From the NCBI RefSeq assembly GCF_006345805.1, contig NC_043006.1, forward strand, positions 8,370,001 to 8,434,000: DNA of 64,000 nt. Reading direction: 5' to 3'. Shown here one piece after another: positions 1 through 13,190 of this stretch; the first letter of the stretch is position 1, and each line of letters opens with the position of its first letter. The stretch is from Octopus sinensis (taxonomy: Eukaryota). The translations under genes were made by a program, and so were the position numbers. The notes below the pieces were generated by a model, which made no database searches, had not been told where the DNA came from, and saw only the letters and a list, made by a program, of their open reading frames with translations.

Positions 1-369
1 TTGCGTCAACCGTTGTCAAGGGGTTAATTAATTTATTTGAATGCGTTGGCGTTTGCTAAAACTTTACAAAGGGAAGCTACAGAAGTTTGCAAGAGTAAAA
101 AGCTGTTAACGCTTTTGTAGTCATTCAGTGTCAGCAAGAATAACTAATCCTCAACTACCCCAAGATGTAGCTTTTTCTTTTTGAATTCTGAAATAGTGAG
201 ATTGTTTTCTACAAAAGGAAATGCTATGAACCATGTGATATTAATAAAAGATATCGAATGATCTCGAAATATTCAATATTCATCCAGAATACTTATTTAA
301 ATACAGATCTATGAATTCATTCATACGTAAGTATAATATACAAATGCAAGAAAATATATGTGAATATCA

Positions 370-373
370 ACAC

Positions 374-439
<66 letters not shown>

Positions 440-452
440 ACACACATACACA
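370..452. repeat. (CA)n microsatellite
   Basis: Near-perfect CA run seen directly. Confidence 0.95.
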
Positions 453-654
453 CATGTTGTGTGCGTATGCTTCTACATACGTTCTAATTGTTTTTTGGGA
501 ATAGTAGTTCTTGAAGTAGATGATAAATTTATAAGTAACAGCGTGTAAATATTGGGATAGACGCGCCTTCGGGCAAAAATATCTAATAGACTACTTCACA
601 TTTAAGTTCTATTTTGCCTAATACTGAAACAATTGAATAAAAATGTATAGTTGT

Positions 655-784
655 GAATATATATATATATATAATATATATATATGTGTGTGTATGTATG
701 TTTGTATGTATATATATATATATATATATGCATGCGAGCGTGATTTAGAGAGAGTGAGACAAGGAGAGAAAGATAGAGAGAAGC

Positions 785-815
<31 letters not shown>

Positions 816-880
816 AAGAGAGAGAAAGAGAGAGAAGGAGAGAGAGAGAGAAAGAGAAAGAGAGTGACAGTGAGTGAGAG
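655..880. repeat. compound (TA)n/(TATG)n/(GA)n microsatellite
   Basis: Seen directly; it explains ORFs 602..946 and 643..867. Confidence 0.95.
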
Positions 881-1019
881 GAAGGGGTAGGGATAGAAAT
901 TCATATTGCTTTGAAAATAAATATAGGAAACGTTCGTATCTGCCATAAACCGTTTAATTGACCTACACAGCTACAAGAAAGTGATGCATAAATACATACA
1001 AACATGAGTATGTACCTCT

Positions 1020-1068
1020 ATATATCTATCTATCTATCTATCTAGCTATCTGTCTCTCTTTCTCTCTC

Positions 1069-1143
<75 letters not shown>

Positions 1144-1181
1144 TATATATATCTATATATATATATATATATATATATATA
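1020..1181. repeat. compound (TATC)n/(TC)n/(TA)n microsatellite
   Basis: Seen directly. Confidence 0.95.
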
Positions 1182-1343
1182 GGCGCAGGAGTGGCTGTGT
1201 GGTAAGTAGCTTATTTACCAACCACATGGTTCCGGGTTCAATCCCACTGCGTGGCACCTTGGCAAGTGTCTTTTACTATAGCCTCGGGCCGACCAAAGCC
1301 TTGTGAGTGGATTTGGCAGACGGAAACTGAAAGAAGCCCGTCG
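1182..1343 (+). mobile_element. SINE family A head (tRNA-derived, CORE-like), copy 1 of a local tandem pair
   Basis: A-box-like GTGGCTGTGTGGTAAG, B-box GGTTCAATCCC, CORE-like CCTTGG(G)CAAGTGTCTT; homologous to 8905, 29465 and 35447. Confidence 0.9.
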
Positions 1344-1351
1344 TATATATG

Positions 1352-1822
<471 letters not shown>

Positions 1823-2624
1823 GAATGAATTTCACATCGAAACCGGAACAATTTCCACTGCATTGAAGGTCACTTCAAAATATTTTTGAATTATCAATCT
1901 TGTTAGATAATATTTAGGATTACAATGGGTCTTGACAGACAGCACCTATAATAGCTGTAACTCAAAATGCTACAAATAGGGAGTTGCGATTATTCTCTGA
2001 ACGGTTGATGAATTTTCTCAAAAGAAATTTCAAGTGGTGCTTCAAGTACTATTTAAAGGGTCACATTACTGATACATTATTAAGAGGCAACAATTAACAC
2101 AAACCACATTTTAAAGAAAACGTAAAACATCAGAAGGCATTAAGTCCGTTTGTCTATCGTTCTTTTAACCATAACTGTCTAGCATCTAAGTACACAGGCG
2201 TATTAAATGCATATAAGGAAGGTAATGGACTTGTTTACATGAGTGGTTGCAAAACGCGTCTATGCCGTAATTCAGTATCGTCTAATAAAAATAAATTTTA
2301 AAAATCTAATTTGTTGACATGTGACAGGCAAGTGAACGAGAAGTTAAAATCTTGTCATAAAAGCTTATTACAAGAAAATTAGTTGATTAAAAGTGCTGTC
2401 GTCTTTCTTAAAATATGAACGACAGCAAACTTATAAATTACACAAAAGAAACGTGAAGAAAAGCACAACAAAGAAACATAAATATATATATAGATATATA
2501 ATGAATAGGTATCAATATTTCAATTTTGGTGATTTGGTATGTGGAATAACTTCAGATTATTTCCAGTTTCTCTCTGCCGCTTAATTCTTCTTTCAGCAAC
2601 ATACGCACGCGCGCATTCATACAG

Positions 2625-2627
2625 ATG

Positions 2628-2700
<73 letters not shown>

Positions 2701-2739
2701 GTCTATGTATGCAAGTATGTATGTATGCATGCATGGATG

Positions 2740-2773
<34 letters not shown>

Positions 2774-2783
2774 TGTATGTATG

Positions 2784-2815
<32 letters not shown>

Positions 2816-2870
2816 ATCTATCTATCTATCTGTCTATGTATGCAAGTATGTATGTATGCATGCATGGATG

Positions 2871-2904
<34 letters not shown>

Positions 2905-2965
2905 TTTATGTATGTATGTATCTATCTATCTACCTATCTATCTATCTGTCTATCTATCAATCCGC

Positions 2966-3005
<40 letters not shown>
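2625..3005. repeat. compound (ATCT)n/(ATGT)n/(AT)n microsatellite with ~130-bp higher-order duplication
   Basis: The block GTCTATGTATGCAAGTATGTATGTATGCATGCATGGATGTATATATG occurs at ~2701 and ~2832. Confidence 0.9.
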
Positions 3006-3006
<1 letters not shown>

Positions 3007-3325
3007 AATAAGAAATAGTAGTACGACAAAGAGAACAATGTTTGCTGGAAATAGCAGTTGATAACTATACGACGCTATGTAAAACTTTACGTATTTTGGA
3101 AAGTCGGAAAGCCGGGTCCTAGATTACCAATTCTGAGTTGTCCATTTTTACGATGTTTTGCTTAAGACGAAAATTGTGTGTGTGTGTGTGTATGTATATA
3201 TATATACATACAGATTTTCTGAATGTGTTTCTGTCAGACGATGGCTGGAATTTACTGCACTTAAAATTGGTGATAAACGGTGAATAGCGAACTCCCTCAT
3301 GAGTAATAGCATAAGGGTACATGTG

Positions 3326-3405
<80 letters not shown>

Positions 3406-4034
3406 TTATGTTTTGAGTTTTGGGTGTGTGAGTGTCACTCTTACTCACTCTTTCACTCTCTCTCTCTATATGTGTATACTACTCAATTTTTATTTACTTT
3501 TTTCTTTTATTATTTAAATTAGGAAAGCGACGTTGATACATTTTGATTTAGACTCGCTGCTACACACACACACGTGGGTGCATTCTTTATTTGCGTGTTA
3601 TTGTGTATATGTTTTTGTGCATGCTTGCATTGTATTCGCTATGCAAATCGTAAATGCTCTTTAATTTTTTATACACATATATTTTGGTGTAGAATGAGGA
3701 AATATGAAACTTAAATTTATTGTCAGTCTTAGGTTTGACTGGTACGTCTTTTATTCACTCCAAAACGTTGGAAGACAAACCCACCATGGTGAAATTTGAA
3801 CTTAGAATGTAAACGGCTGAGAAAAAATGCCGCCAAGGATTTTGCCTTATGCAGTACCGATTGTGCCAGATTGCTTTTTCCTGATTTAAGAAGAAGACCA
3901 ACAATATCGAAGGGAGGAGATAAGTGTTAGTCCATGATATCGACCAAAATGTTTCAGGTGGTTTCCAGATAATAGACCCGGAATGAAGATTTGAACTCGG
4001 AAAGTAAAATGACATGTTAAGGGTAATAATAATA

Positions 4035-4066
<32 letters not shown>

Positions 4067-4083
4067 TAATAATAATAATATAA

Positions 4084-4391
4084 TTTCAAATTTTGTCACA
4101 TGGCCAGCAATTTTTCGGTAGGGGATAAGTCAATTACATTGACCCCAGTGTGCAATTGGTCTTTGATTTATCGACCCAAAATGGGATGGAAGGCAAAGTC
4201 GACTGAAATGTGGGGGATGGTGATAGTCGATTTCATCGCTCAGTGCGTGACTGGTACTTCTCCCATCGACCCCGGAAAGGATGAAAGTGGAAGTCGACCT
4301 CGGCGGAATTTGATCTCAGAACGTAAAGACGGAAGAGATCCCACTACGCATTTTGCCCGGAGTGCTGACGAATCAGCCAGCTCACGACCTT
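4084..4391 (-). mobile_element. SINE family B, (TTA)n-tailed subfamily, degenerate, with internal duplication
   Basis: Reverse complement matches the family B head and the GTCGACTTTGCCTTTCATCC core; flanked by (AAT)n runs. Confidence 0.8.
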
Positions 4392-4399
4392 AAAAAATA

Positions 4400-4411
4400 A
4401 TAATGATGATG

Positions 4412-4500
<89 letters not shown>
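4400..4500. repeat. (AAT)n microsatellite
   Basis: Seen directly. Confidence 0.95.
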
Positions 4501-4501
<1 letters not shown>

Positions 4502-5016
4502 GGAAGAACACACAATAAACAAAACCATCACAATCTCTGAAGTATTATGAATAAAATGATAAAGTTAGAGGGATGAGGGACAAAAACGTAAATGAGACAG
4601 AGGGAAACTGTTGAACAGACTTGCGAATTTTGTGAATAGAACGTTAATTCGATAAACTGCGCCAAAAAGGAAGAAAAAAAACAAATATATGTATCAGCAT
4701 TCTTTTGACATATTTCTATAGAAATGGTAATGTTGCACAAGCGTTAAAGATTTCTTTCTGACTTGTTTAGTGAAGCGATTAACCCCTTCAATGCCTGCAT
4801 AAATGTATATTAATACTATGGCATGCGGTGTTAGCTCGGGAATCGAATTTCACACCTGCCGTCCCTGTAATTTACGCAGCTACTGCATTTCTTGGAGAGA
4901 GAATGTTCTTTGACGTTTTTCCTTTTGTCTACCGCGGGATTCTGACAAGACTTTCATAACTAATGAAAGACCATATAATTTAACACAGAAAAAGTGAGGT
5001 GGTACCTGTCGCTATG

Positions 5017-5037
5017 TTTGTGTGTGTGTGTGTGTGA

Positions 5038-5092
<55 letters not shown>

Positions 5093-5308
5093 TGTCTGTG
5101 CGTGCTGGGGTGCAAATGAATAACAGAAAAAGAGATAGAGAGATAAAGATAGACTTACAGAAGATACAGAGTGTGCATGAGGAAATGTGAGATACAAATG
5201 AGAGTGTATACACACACATAAATATATACATATATGCATGTAACACATATATATATACATATATATACACACTTACATGTATATATGTACATATATATAC
5301 ATACATAT

Positions 5309-5371
<63 letters not shown>

Positions 5372-5560
5372 TATATATACACACACATATATATATATGT
5401 ATACATATACATATATACAGATATACATGTATATATACATATATATGTATTTATATATATATATGTATATATATATACTATATATATGTACATACACATA
5501 TATCTATATGCAAATATATGTATGTATGTGTATACATAGGGAGATGTAGCTAGCTAGCTA
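5017..5560. repeat. (GT)n and degenerate (TA/CA)n low-complexity tract
   Basis: Seen directly; source of ORFs 4980..5553. Confidence 0.9.
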
Positions 5561-6149
5561 GATATATTCCGTTATATATGTATGTACTTGATGCTTTTGC
5601 ATGCGTGTGTCTTATGTGTATTTTAGAGTGCCTGTATGCATAATCACGTAATTACGATATTTGCTTTGCAACCACGTTCTTCCGAGGAACAGCATGTTTA
5701 AGAACAAATTCATTAGGATCTCTAGATTTTCCGCCAACCAAGAAACATTCCAGAATAATGAAGAATATTACCATGGAACCCTTAAATGAAATGCTTATAA
5801 TCGAGTGATATCATACCGCGATAACACTAAACATAATCAGGCTACTTGCACCGTGAGACGAACTGGTTTGTACATAATTTACGGACCATATCAATCTTAA
5901 GGATAGCTATAAGTAATCGCACCAAATGCTTAATATATCTGATACATCTGTCAAATCTCACAAATCTGGAGATATATTAGCTAATCACACAAGTAGTAGC
6001 AACTATAATCTATAATGGAATAATAGGCAAGCAAAAGGAGGAGATAATTGCGATTTCAGAATGCCAAGTTTCCCACAACTACACAACTACACAAATACCA
6101 CAAAGTACCAAATATATCGGTATAATCCTTCCTTCGATATTAACTCTTC

Positions 6150-7060
6150 ATTATCATCATGAAAGTTTGTGTTTCCCTCCGGAAACAGTTTCGCAACCAT
6201 AGGATGAAGTCGTTCAGATAAAATGCTTAAATAGTCTTGACTATTAATTCTGCCATGAAGGGAACCCATTGGGCCGGTGGAGTTCCAGGATATGGCCCCG
6301 CAATCATCACAGAACATTCTCCATGTTTAACATGGAAGAAGGCAGTCTGAGTCAAGGGCTTCTTTTGGCTGTCTTCACACGTATACTCGGCCGGTAGTCG
6401 GAAATAAGGTAGAGGATGACGCGTAGGAGAAAGTAACAATCTTCCTCTGCACTAATGTCAAATCCTGTAAGTTTTTACTCCACTCTAAAAGCTTTGCAAC
6501 GTTTGTTTTTGAAAGTAGTAGTTTTCTGATTGCAGCCCTTCTGGGAAATCCGGCTTTGTGCAGCTCCCTGCGAAAGGTTTTTGTGGAAACTGGGTTCTCG
6601 AGGTGGTCATTAATTCGGCAGTAATTTTGGAAGCTGTACTTTGATCCTTTCTAACATTTCGTGTAAGTGTCCGACGGTCCCTATCTAAAAAGTTTGGTTT
6701 TCTTCCGGAGTTTTCTTTCGACGAGGAGGTTTTTCCCTCTTTCTCAAAGGCTGACATTACTTTTGAGACAGTATTTCTTGATACACCAAACATTTCGGCT
6801 GTTTTCCTTACGCTAGCACGAAGAGCACGAACAATTTGACCTCTTTGAAAGTCCGATAGATCTGTCATTTTAATGAATTTTAAGTACCTTTTTCTGATGA
6901 TATCTGAAAATGAACAGCAATTTTAGCAAAGCATAAAACGCAAAACTAATAATTAATCAAAAAACATAAAAATAAACAAGCTTTTGACGGTTTTATAGCT
7001 ATTTCAAAATTTATGATGCTATGATGTTAGGTGTTTCCATTATTTTGCACAATCCCTGTA
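6150..7060 (-). mobile_element. Tc1-family DNA transposon, frameshifted, 3'-truncated
   Basis: One TIR-like end (minus strand TACAGGGATTGTGCAAAATAATGGAAACACCT at 7060-7029). N-terminal paired-type HTH MTDLSDFQRGQIV...GRKP; catalytic-region remnants GRVYV, KHGECSVMI, GPMGSLHGRINSQDYLSIL..LHPMV..LFPEG..FHDDN. The sequence stops after the second catalytic D, so the E residue and other TIR are missing. Confidence 0.92.
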
Positions 7061-7078
7061 TGTGTGTGTGTATATATA

Positions 7079-7159
<81 letters not shown>

Positions 7160-8487
7160 GTGTGTGTGTGTGCGTGTGCGCACTCTTCGAAAACAATGAA
7201 TTCCTGGTGATTGGTAAACCTAGAACTGAAAGAGAGCATCATTTATATCTTCATTTTTCACACGATAGAAATAAAGAAACATAATTCTGTGACATTTGCA
7301 CGGACATTATTCGACGCTAACGAAAATACGGTGGTTCGAATATCCAACTCATACGTTTGAAACTACATACTGACCTCTTCATTTTAACATCTCCCTTGTT
7401 TGTGCATGTTAATCCATATGTGGATCATCTTGGTTTCCCTATTGGAGCTTTTTCTACTCCTGACAGAATTCAAGAATGAGTTTTTAAAATTGTCGTCTCC
7501 AGCTAAATTTCAAACTTACTCGCATTGCTGGGTCAAAGGTTTTTACCCGGCTTATACAAATATTTCAATTGTCGATATTCTGCCAATATTGTTTTGTACT
7601 TCGTCATAATGTTACTAATCGAGTGATATTCCTTCTGCATGTCCTCATCATTATAATGTTGTTTTTCGCACTTATAAAAAGTTTTCCTTCTTTAAAAGTT
7701 TGTTTCTTCGAACAACTATCCTATAAAACTCGCTTCTCGTTTCTCAAATAAAGCAAGACTACAATTCTTTTAATCCTGTACACTGATTGTTTCATGACAC
7801 CTTGGGCGGTTTCTTCACATTAGATTATGTTTTATATCCCTTTGTAATTCCCCACATAGTAAATTGTTGGATACAGTCTATTTTATTGCTTGTGATTTGC
7901 CGCCTTGTGAGAAAAAACTTTAAGAATGAATAAAAAAGAAGAAATCAAAATGAAACTATACAACTGTCTTGTAAAAACAAATGTCTTGTAAAAACTTCGA
8001 CTTCGTTTGAATTAATGAACACATCATTGAACCGAAATGGCAGTTAATGCGAACATATTCTTTTGTCTTCCATTATCTGTTATAATATATTGTATCAAAA
8101 GAGGCAAACATTTGTACAAATTTGTAAAAATACTTGACGGAATGTTATCATAAATAACAAATATTAAATATCGATTAATTTTACACACAATGCAGAGACC
8201 AAATATTTCGTCACGTTCGTTGCATTCCGTACGTGATTTCCGTCATGATTGTGATTTTATAGTAAACAATCAATCAAGCATACACATATATTGGATTAGT
8301 GAAAGATTATAACAAAAGCCAATCAAATTAAAACAAATTAATTGAATCACATGGGCTAATGAAGTCGATAACAAGAACAACAGAATAAAGTTCATATATC
8401 ATGGAATTTACACAACAATGAATGTATAAAGTTCGAAAAATTTTACTTACATCATTTAAAGCAAGGTAGAAAAAGAAGACTCTTGTA

Positions 8488-8572
8488 CAAGTGTCTCCTA
8501 CTATAAGCTTCAGGCCAACTACAGACTACCGAGTAGATCTAGTAGACGGAAACTGAAAGCGGCCCGTCGTAT
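8488..8572 (+). mobile_element. SINE family A head fragment (degenerate)
   Basis: CAAGTGTCTCCTACTATAAGC...GTAGACGGAAACTGAAAGCGGCCCGTCGTATA. Confidence 0.75.
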
Positions 8573-8850
8573 ACACACACACACCCACACATATGTATAT
8601 ATACATATATATATATACACGTACATGTTGAAAATGAGTGCTCAACACCGCATTGGTGTACATAATTTCTTTATTTGTGAATTAAAGCTGCCCTTGTTTC
8701 CGCGTTACGAAAAGTGCCTTAACGATTTTTCAAACCGGTCACATGGAGAAAGGTGTTTGCCTTTATTTGATCGGCTTGAAAAATTATTAAGACATTAGGA
8801 TAGTTTCTTGCTTTTCTAATCATGAAACCAATGGTAGCCTTAATTCACAA

Positions 8851-8904
<54 letters not shown>

Positions 8905-9069
8905 GGCGCGGGAGTGGCTGTGTGGTAAGTAGCTTGCTTACCAACCACATGGTCCCGGGTTCAGTCCCACTGCATGGCACCTTGGGCAAGTGTCTTCTAC
9001 TATAGCCTCGGGCAGACAAAAGCCTTGTGAGTGGATTTGGTAGACGGAAACTGAAAGAAGCCCGTCGTA

Positions 9070-9137
<68 letters not shown>

Positions 9138-9368
9138 TGTGTGTGTTTGTGTGTCTGTGTTTGTCCCCCTAGCATTGCTTGACAACCGATGCTGGTGTGT
9201 TTATGTCTCCGTTACTTAGCGGTTCGGCAAAAGAGACCGATAGAATAAGTACTGGGCTTACAAAAGAATAAGTCCCGGGGTCGAGTTGCTCGATTAAAGG
9301 CGGTGCTCCAGCATGGCCGCAGTCAGATGACTGAAACAAGTAAAAGAGTAAAAGAGAGTAAAAGAGTA
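8905..9368 (+). mobile_element. SINE family A, complete (head, (TA)n/(GT)n, body, (GTAAAAGA)n tail)
   Basis: A and B boxes, CCTTGGGCAAGT CORE-like motif, tail ACTGAAACAAGTAAAAGAGTAAAAGAGAGTAAAAGAGTA. Confidence 0.93.
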
Positions 9369-11420
9369 TATATACTAGTACCAGCTGATAAAACTGGCAA
9401 TCTTTATAGAGTAGACTATACACTCTACAGCAATCTAATTAAGAAGGAACTTAACTCCAAATACAAAACTACTACTAAGAGAAACTTAAAGGAAACAAAC
9501 TTAGAAATGAAAGCTATTATGGAGAGATATGATCTAACAGACAGAGCTGAACCGATTGTACCGTGCGAACCTAGGGTTAATTTCAAGGACCACAAAAGGA
9601 ATTACTTAGAAAACCCGTCGGTAAGACTTATTTTCCAACTAAGTCGGATATTGGCCGACTTAGTAAATCTATCCTAGATAATGTCTTAACACAAATAACC
9701 CCACTTCTTCCCTTAAGCCTGTGGATAAATACCGATGAGGTACTTAAACGGTTTAACTCCCTAACTAATACTAATAATCTAGCCTTCATTCAATTCGACA
9801 TAAACAACTACTACTCTAGCATTTCCCCTATTCTATTAAATAAATCGCTTATATTCGCGATGAATCGCTCCCTCATATCTAGAGAGGAAATAGACATTAT
9901 ACTTTTAGCTAGAAAAGCATTTATTGAGTTTGAGAGAAAATTATGGACTAGAGCAGATACCCCTAATAATTTCGATATTCCTATGGGTCAAGTGATTCGG
10001 CTGAGGTGACCAACTTAGTCGGAGCATATCTACTGAAATGCATAAAAAAGGAGATCCCTGAATTGCAAGGTGGTTTATATAGAGATGATGCTTTGTTTGT
10101 TGTCCATACTAATAATAAATCACACATAGAAAGAATCAAAAAGAAAATTAATAGGTTCTTTAAAGATTTCAACCTTAGCATAACCTATGAACCAGGCATT
10201 AAAATAGCTAATTTTCTAGATATTACATTAGACCTTAACTCCAAACTACATTACCCATTTAGAAAAGAGGAACAATTCTAACAACCCTAACTCTAATTCT
10301 AAGAAATTTAAAAAGAAAGACATAATATGGCTAAACATCCCTTTTAACTGTGCGGTTTTATCAGATATTCAGAGTAGATTCAAAACAATTCTTGAAAAAA
10401 AATTTCCCATCCTCTCATAGATATCATAAAATTATTTCTAAAAAAACAGTCAGAATTTCTTATTCAACCCTCCCAAATATGTCCACTTTAATAGCCAAAA
10501 TCAATAATAATAACATAAAACTAGCCAGAAAAAATTTAAGCAATAAAAATAAAAATACAATTGAAAATTGTAATAACATTACTGAAAGTAATAATTGCAA
10601 CAATGATAATAAGGAATGTCATATAATAAATATAACCAATAGCTATAGAATTGCTAACAATAATAATAACATAAATAGGAATGATTATGTTAATAATAAG
10701 AATAATACCAGGAATGTAAGTACTGTGAATGAGGACAACAATGTTATCAGCAACAACACTACACATTTAGAAAACAATACCGACAACAATACTAACAGCA
10801 TCAACAATATTAATAATGATAGAACCAAATGATAGTGTAGGAATACCAATAAATAATAATACTACTTTAGATAATGATATTAACTATAATATTGATAACA
10901 TTATTTTAGATAGCAGCAGTAACCAAAATCATGAAAAATATACCCGCACTGTTTCGAGCAACAGTAGTATGAGACTTCTATTCTCAAATTATTCTACTTC
11001 AAATTATAATTCCCCTAGATGTAACTGCAGAATTAAATCAAAATGCCCGGCACCTGGTTTATGCGGGTTAAATAACATAATCTACAAATGCTCCATAACC
11101 ACAGATAATAATAAATTCACTTATGTTGGATGTACCGTAAATTTTTAGAAAAGACTTAGCAATCATCTATCCTCCTTCAGATTACGTCATAAAGCTGATA
11201 GCACCACTCTTTCTAGTAAAATTTGGGAACTAAAAACAATAATATCAAATATAACCTTAATTGGGAATTAATTAGAAGAGCGATACCCTATAAAAATAGC
11301 AGAGTAGGTTGTCAACTTTGCTCCATGGAAACATTTGAAATACTAATGTATTGAAAAAATAGGGAAATTTCATTGAACAGCAGGATTGAATTAGGAACTC
11401 TTGTATACACGCTTGAACTA
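9369..11420 (+). pseudogene. disrupted PLE RT-endonuclease ORF
   Basis: Multiple frameshifts and stops join ORF-track segments 9303..9677, 10006..10281, 10350..10832 and 10816..11148. Confidence 0.9.
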
Positions 11421-12374
11421 AGACTCTTAAATATTTTAAATGATGTTTTAATTGACAACAGTATATATTAAAATCACTTGGTATAAAATTACTTTGAATT
11501 ATACTTTACTCCTACATAGTATATTATATATTTAATTAGACAGATACGATCTAACTAGCTATGATTATATTCTCTCTCTAACTGTACTATTTGATACTTA
11601 TTGATTTAAGTTATTTGATTTATTTCTATTAGACTATGTAGGTAATTAAACATTTTTTTCTCTATTTTTTATCTCTATTTCTTAGTCTATTTCACTTTAA
11701 CCTACTTATAGGAAATTAGTTAGTTAAACTTCTTAGTTTCTTTTACACAAATATTTAATTCTGCTAATCCCAAACCTATTATAATATAATATAATATAAT
11801 ATAATATAATTGTATTGTTTCATTAGAAAATAACTCCTTTTTTCTTTTTTTCTTTTATTTTTTTCTTCTGACCTCTCATTGTAACCTGACAATCTATTAA
11901 TAGTAACATTAATAAATAAAGAAATAAATTAATTGACCTCAGTTAGAATTTTGCACCAAATAAGCTTAGATATTTTCTTATAGTATCAACTTGTGTCCCT
12001 CCCTTTTAGCTTGCCTTTTAGCTTCCCGTTTCCTTCTCTTTTTATAGCAATTAATAGCAGTAACTGGTAAAATTCTACTTCCTTCCTCTTCTCTGTGATT
12101 CTTGTAAATTTCAATAACAATCTGTTCCTCTACACGATAAGACTGTCATTTTGCTTCTTACTCGGATTCTCAGAAATTTCGCACGATTGTATCCAAAATT
12201 TCTTCACATAGCTTGATTAACAATTCACTATGAACTACATATGGACATGCACATATTCTGTAAGTTCAAGACCTTTCATCGGATCTCAAAGAATCGAACT
12301 TTCTTCAATGCAGTTAAACTCACACCCTCATTTGTATCTACCCCTTTTGATGTTTGGGAATCTCTGATGTTTTT

Positions 12375-12458
12375 TCGGCTGAGGAGTACGAGCCATCTAT
12401 ATTTACTGCAATTTTTGTAGCTTATTAAAGATGTCCTCGTACAAAACAATTGTACCGA
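12375..12458 (+). ncRNA. minimal type-I hammerhead ribozyme motif of the PLE (G12 to A, probably inactive)
   Basis: Stem I TCGG/CCGA; core CTGAGGA 12379-12385; stem II GTACGAG/CTCGTAC; [A]AAAC 12443-12447; palindromic loop AATT; GTA cleavage triplet 12452-12454. Confidence 0.85.
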
Positions 12459-12489
12459 TATTTTGATCCATTCTTGTTGCTTTTTTCCT

Positions 12490-12503
12490 ATATATATATA
12501 TAT

Positions 12504-12566
<63 letters not shown>

Positions 12567-12598
12567 TGTATGTATGTATGTATGTATGTATGTATAAT
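12490..12598. repeat. (TA)n/(TATG)n microsatellite
   Basis: Seen directly; it is the 3' flank of the PLE. Confidence 0.95.
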
Positions 12599-12599
12599 G

Positions 12600-12800
12600 C
12601 CCATGTCTGTGTGTGTCTCTTTGTATCTGTGTTTGTCCCCACCATCATCGCTTGAGGATTGTTGCTAGTGTGTTTTCGTCGCCATTACCATTGGTTCGCC
12701 CATAAAGCAAGATGGCATAATTAATAGGCTTTAAAACAAAGTTCTGGGACCGATTTGTTCGACTTCAAGACGGTGCTCCACCATAGCCGCAGTCAGCAAA
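12600..12800 (+). mobile_element. SINE family A body, old and degenerate
   Basis: GTGTTTGTCCCCACCATCATCGCTTG...GGTGCTCCACCATAGCCGCAGTC. Confidence 0.7.
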
Positions 12801-12968
12801 AATTTTGAATCACTTTAATGTTATGTGTTTTGAAACGAGAATGTTTTACTGTATGCAGCATTCCGACAATCTTTGCTACATTCTAAACATAAAAAGAAAA
12901 TAAATGTGTTATATAACCGATCATTTAAAAATGCTTATGATGGAAAGTGAAACGGAAGTACCACACTC

Positions 12969-12971
<3 letters not shown>

Positions 12972-13041
<70 letters not shown>

Positions 13042-13141
13042 AATATTATATATTATATATACATACACATACATATATACATATATATACATATATATAT
13101 GTATATATTATATATGTATGTGTATGTATATATAATATATA

Positions 13142-13188
<47 letters not shown>

Positions 13189-13190
13189 AA
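12972..13190. repeat. (TA)n microsatellite
   Basis: Seen directly. Confidence 0.95.

Larger units (their letters stand above)
9369..12489 (+). mobile_element. Penelope-like element (PLE), RT plus C-terminal GIY-YIG endonuclease, 5'-truncated and decayed
   Basis: Motifs in order across frames: PADKTGNLY, KDHKRNY..NPSVRLI, FIQFDINNYYSSIS (9785-9826), FDIPMG/SDSAEVTNLVG, GLYRDDAL (YRDD 10078-10089), FLDITL, IIWLNIPFN, FPSSHRYHKI..KTVRISYS, CNCRIKSKCPAPGLC (from 11020), IIYKC...YVGCT..F*KRLSNH..SF, TTLSSKIWELK, CQLC..E, LNSRIE..C(I)H. Then ~950 bp T-rich 3' region, a hammerhead motif, and (TA)n. Confidence 0.93.

Noticed and set aside
11352-11354. In-frame TGA in the PLE endonuclease as selenocysteine (as in some Naiad PLEs)
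   Set aside because: Domain order is RT then EN (Naiads are EN then RT), the TGA is not at a Cys position, the copy has other stops and frameshifts, and no SECIS was identified.
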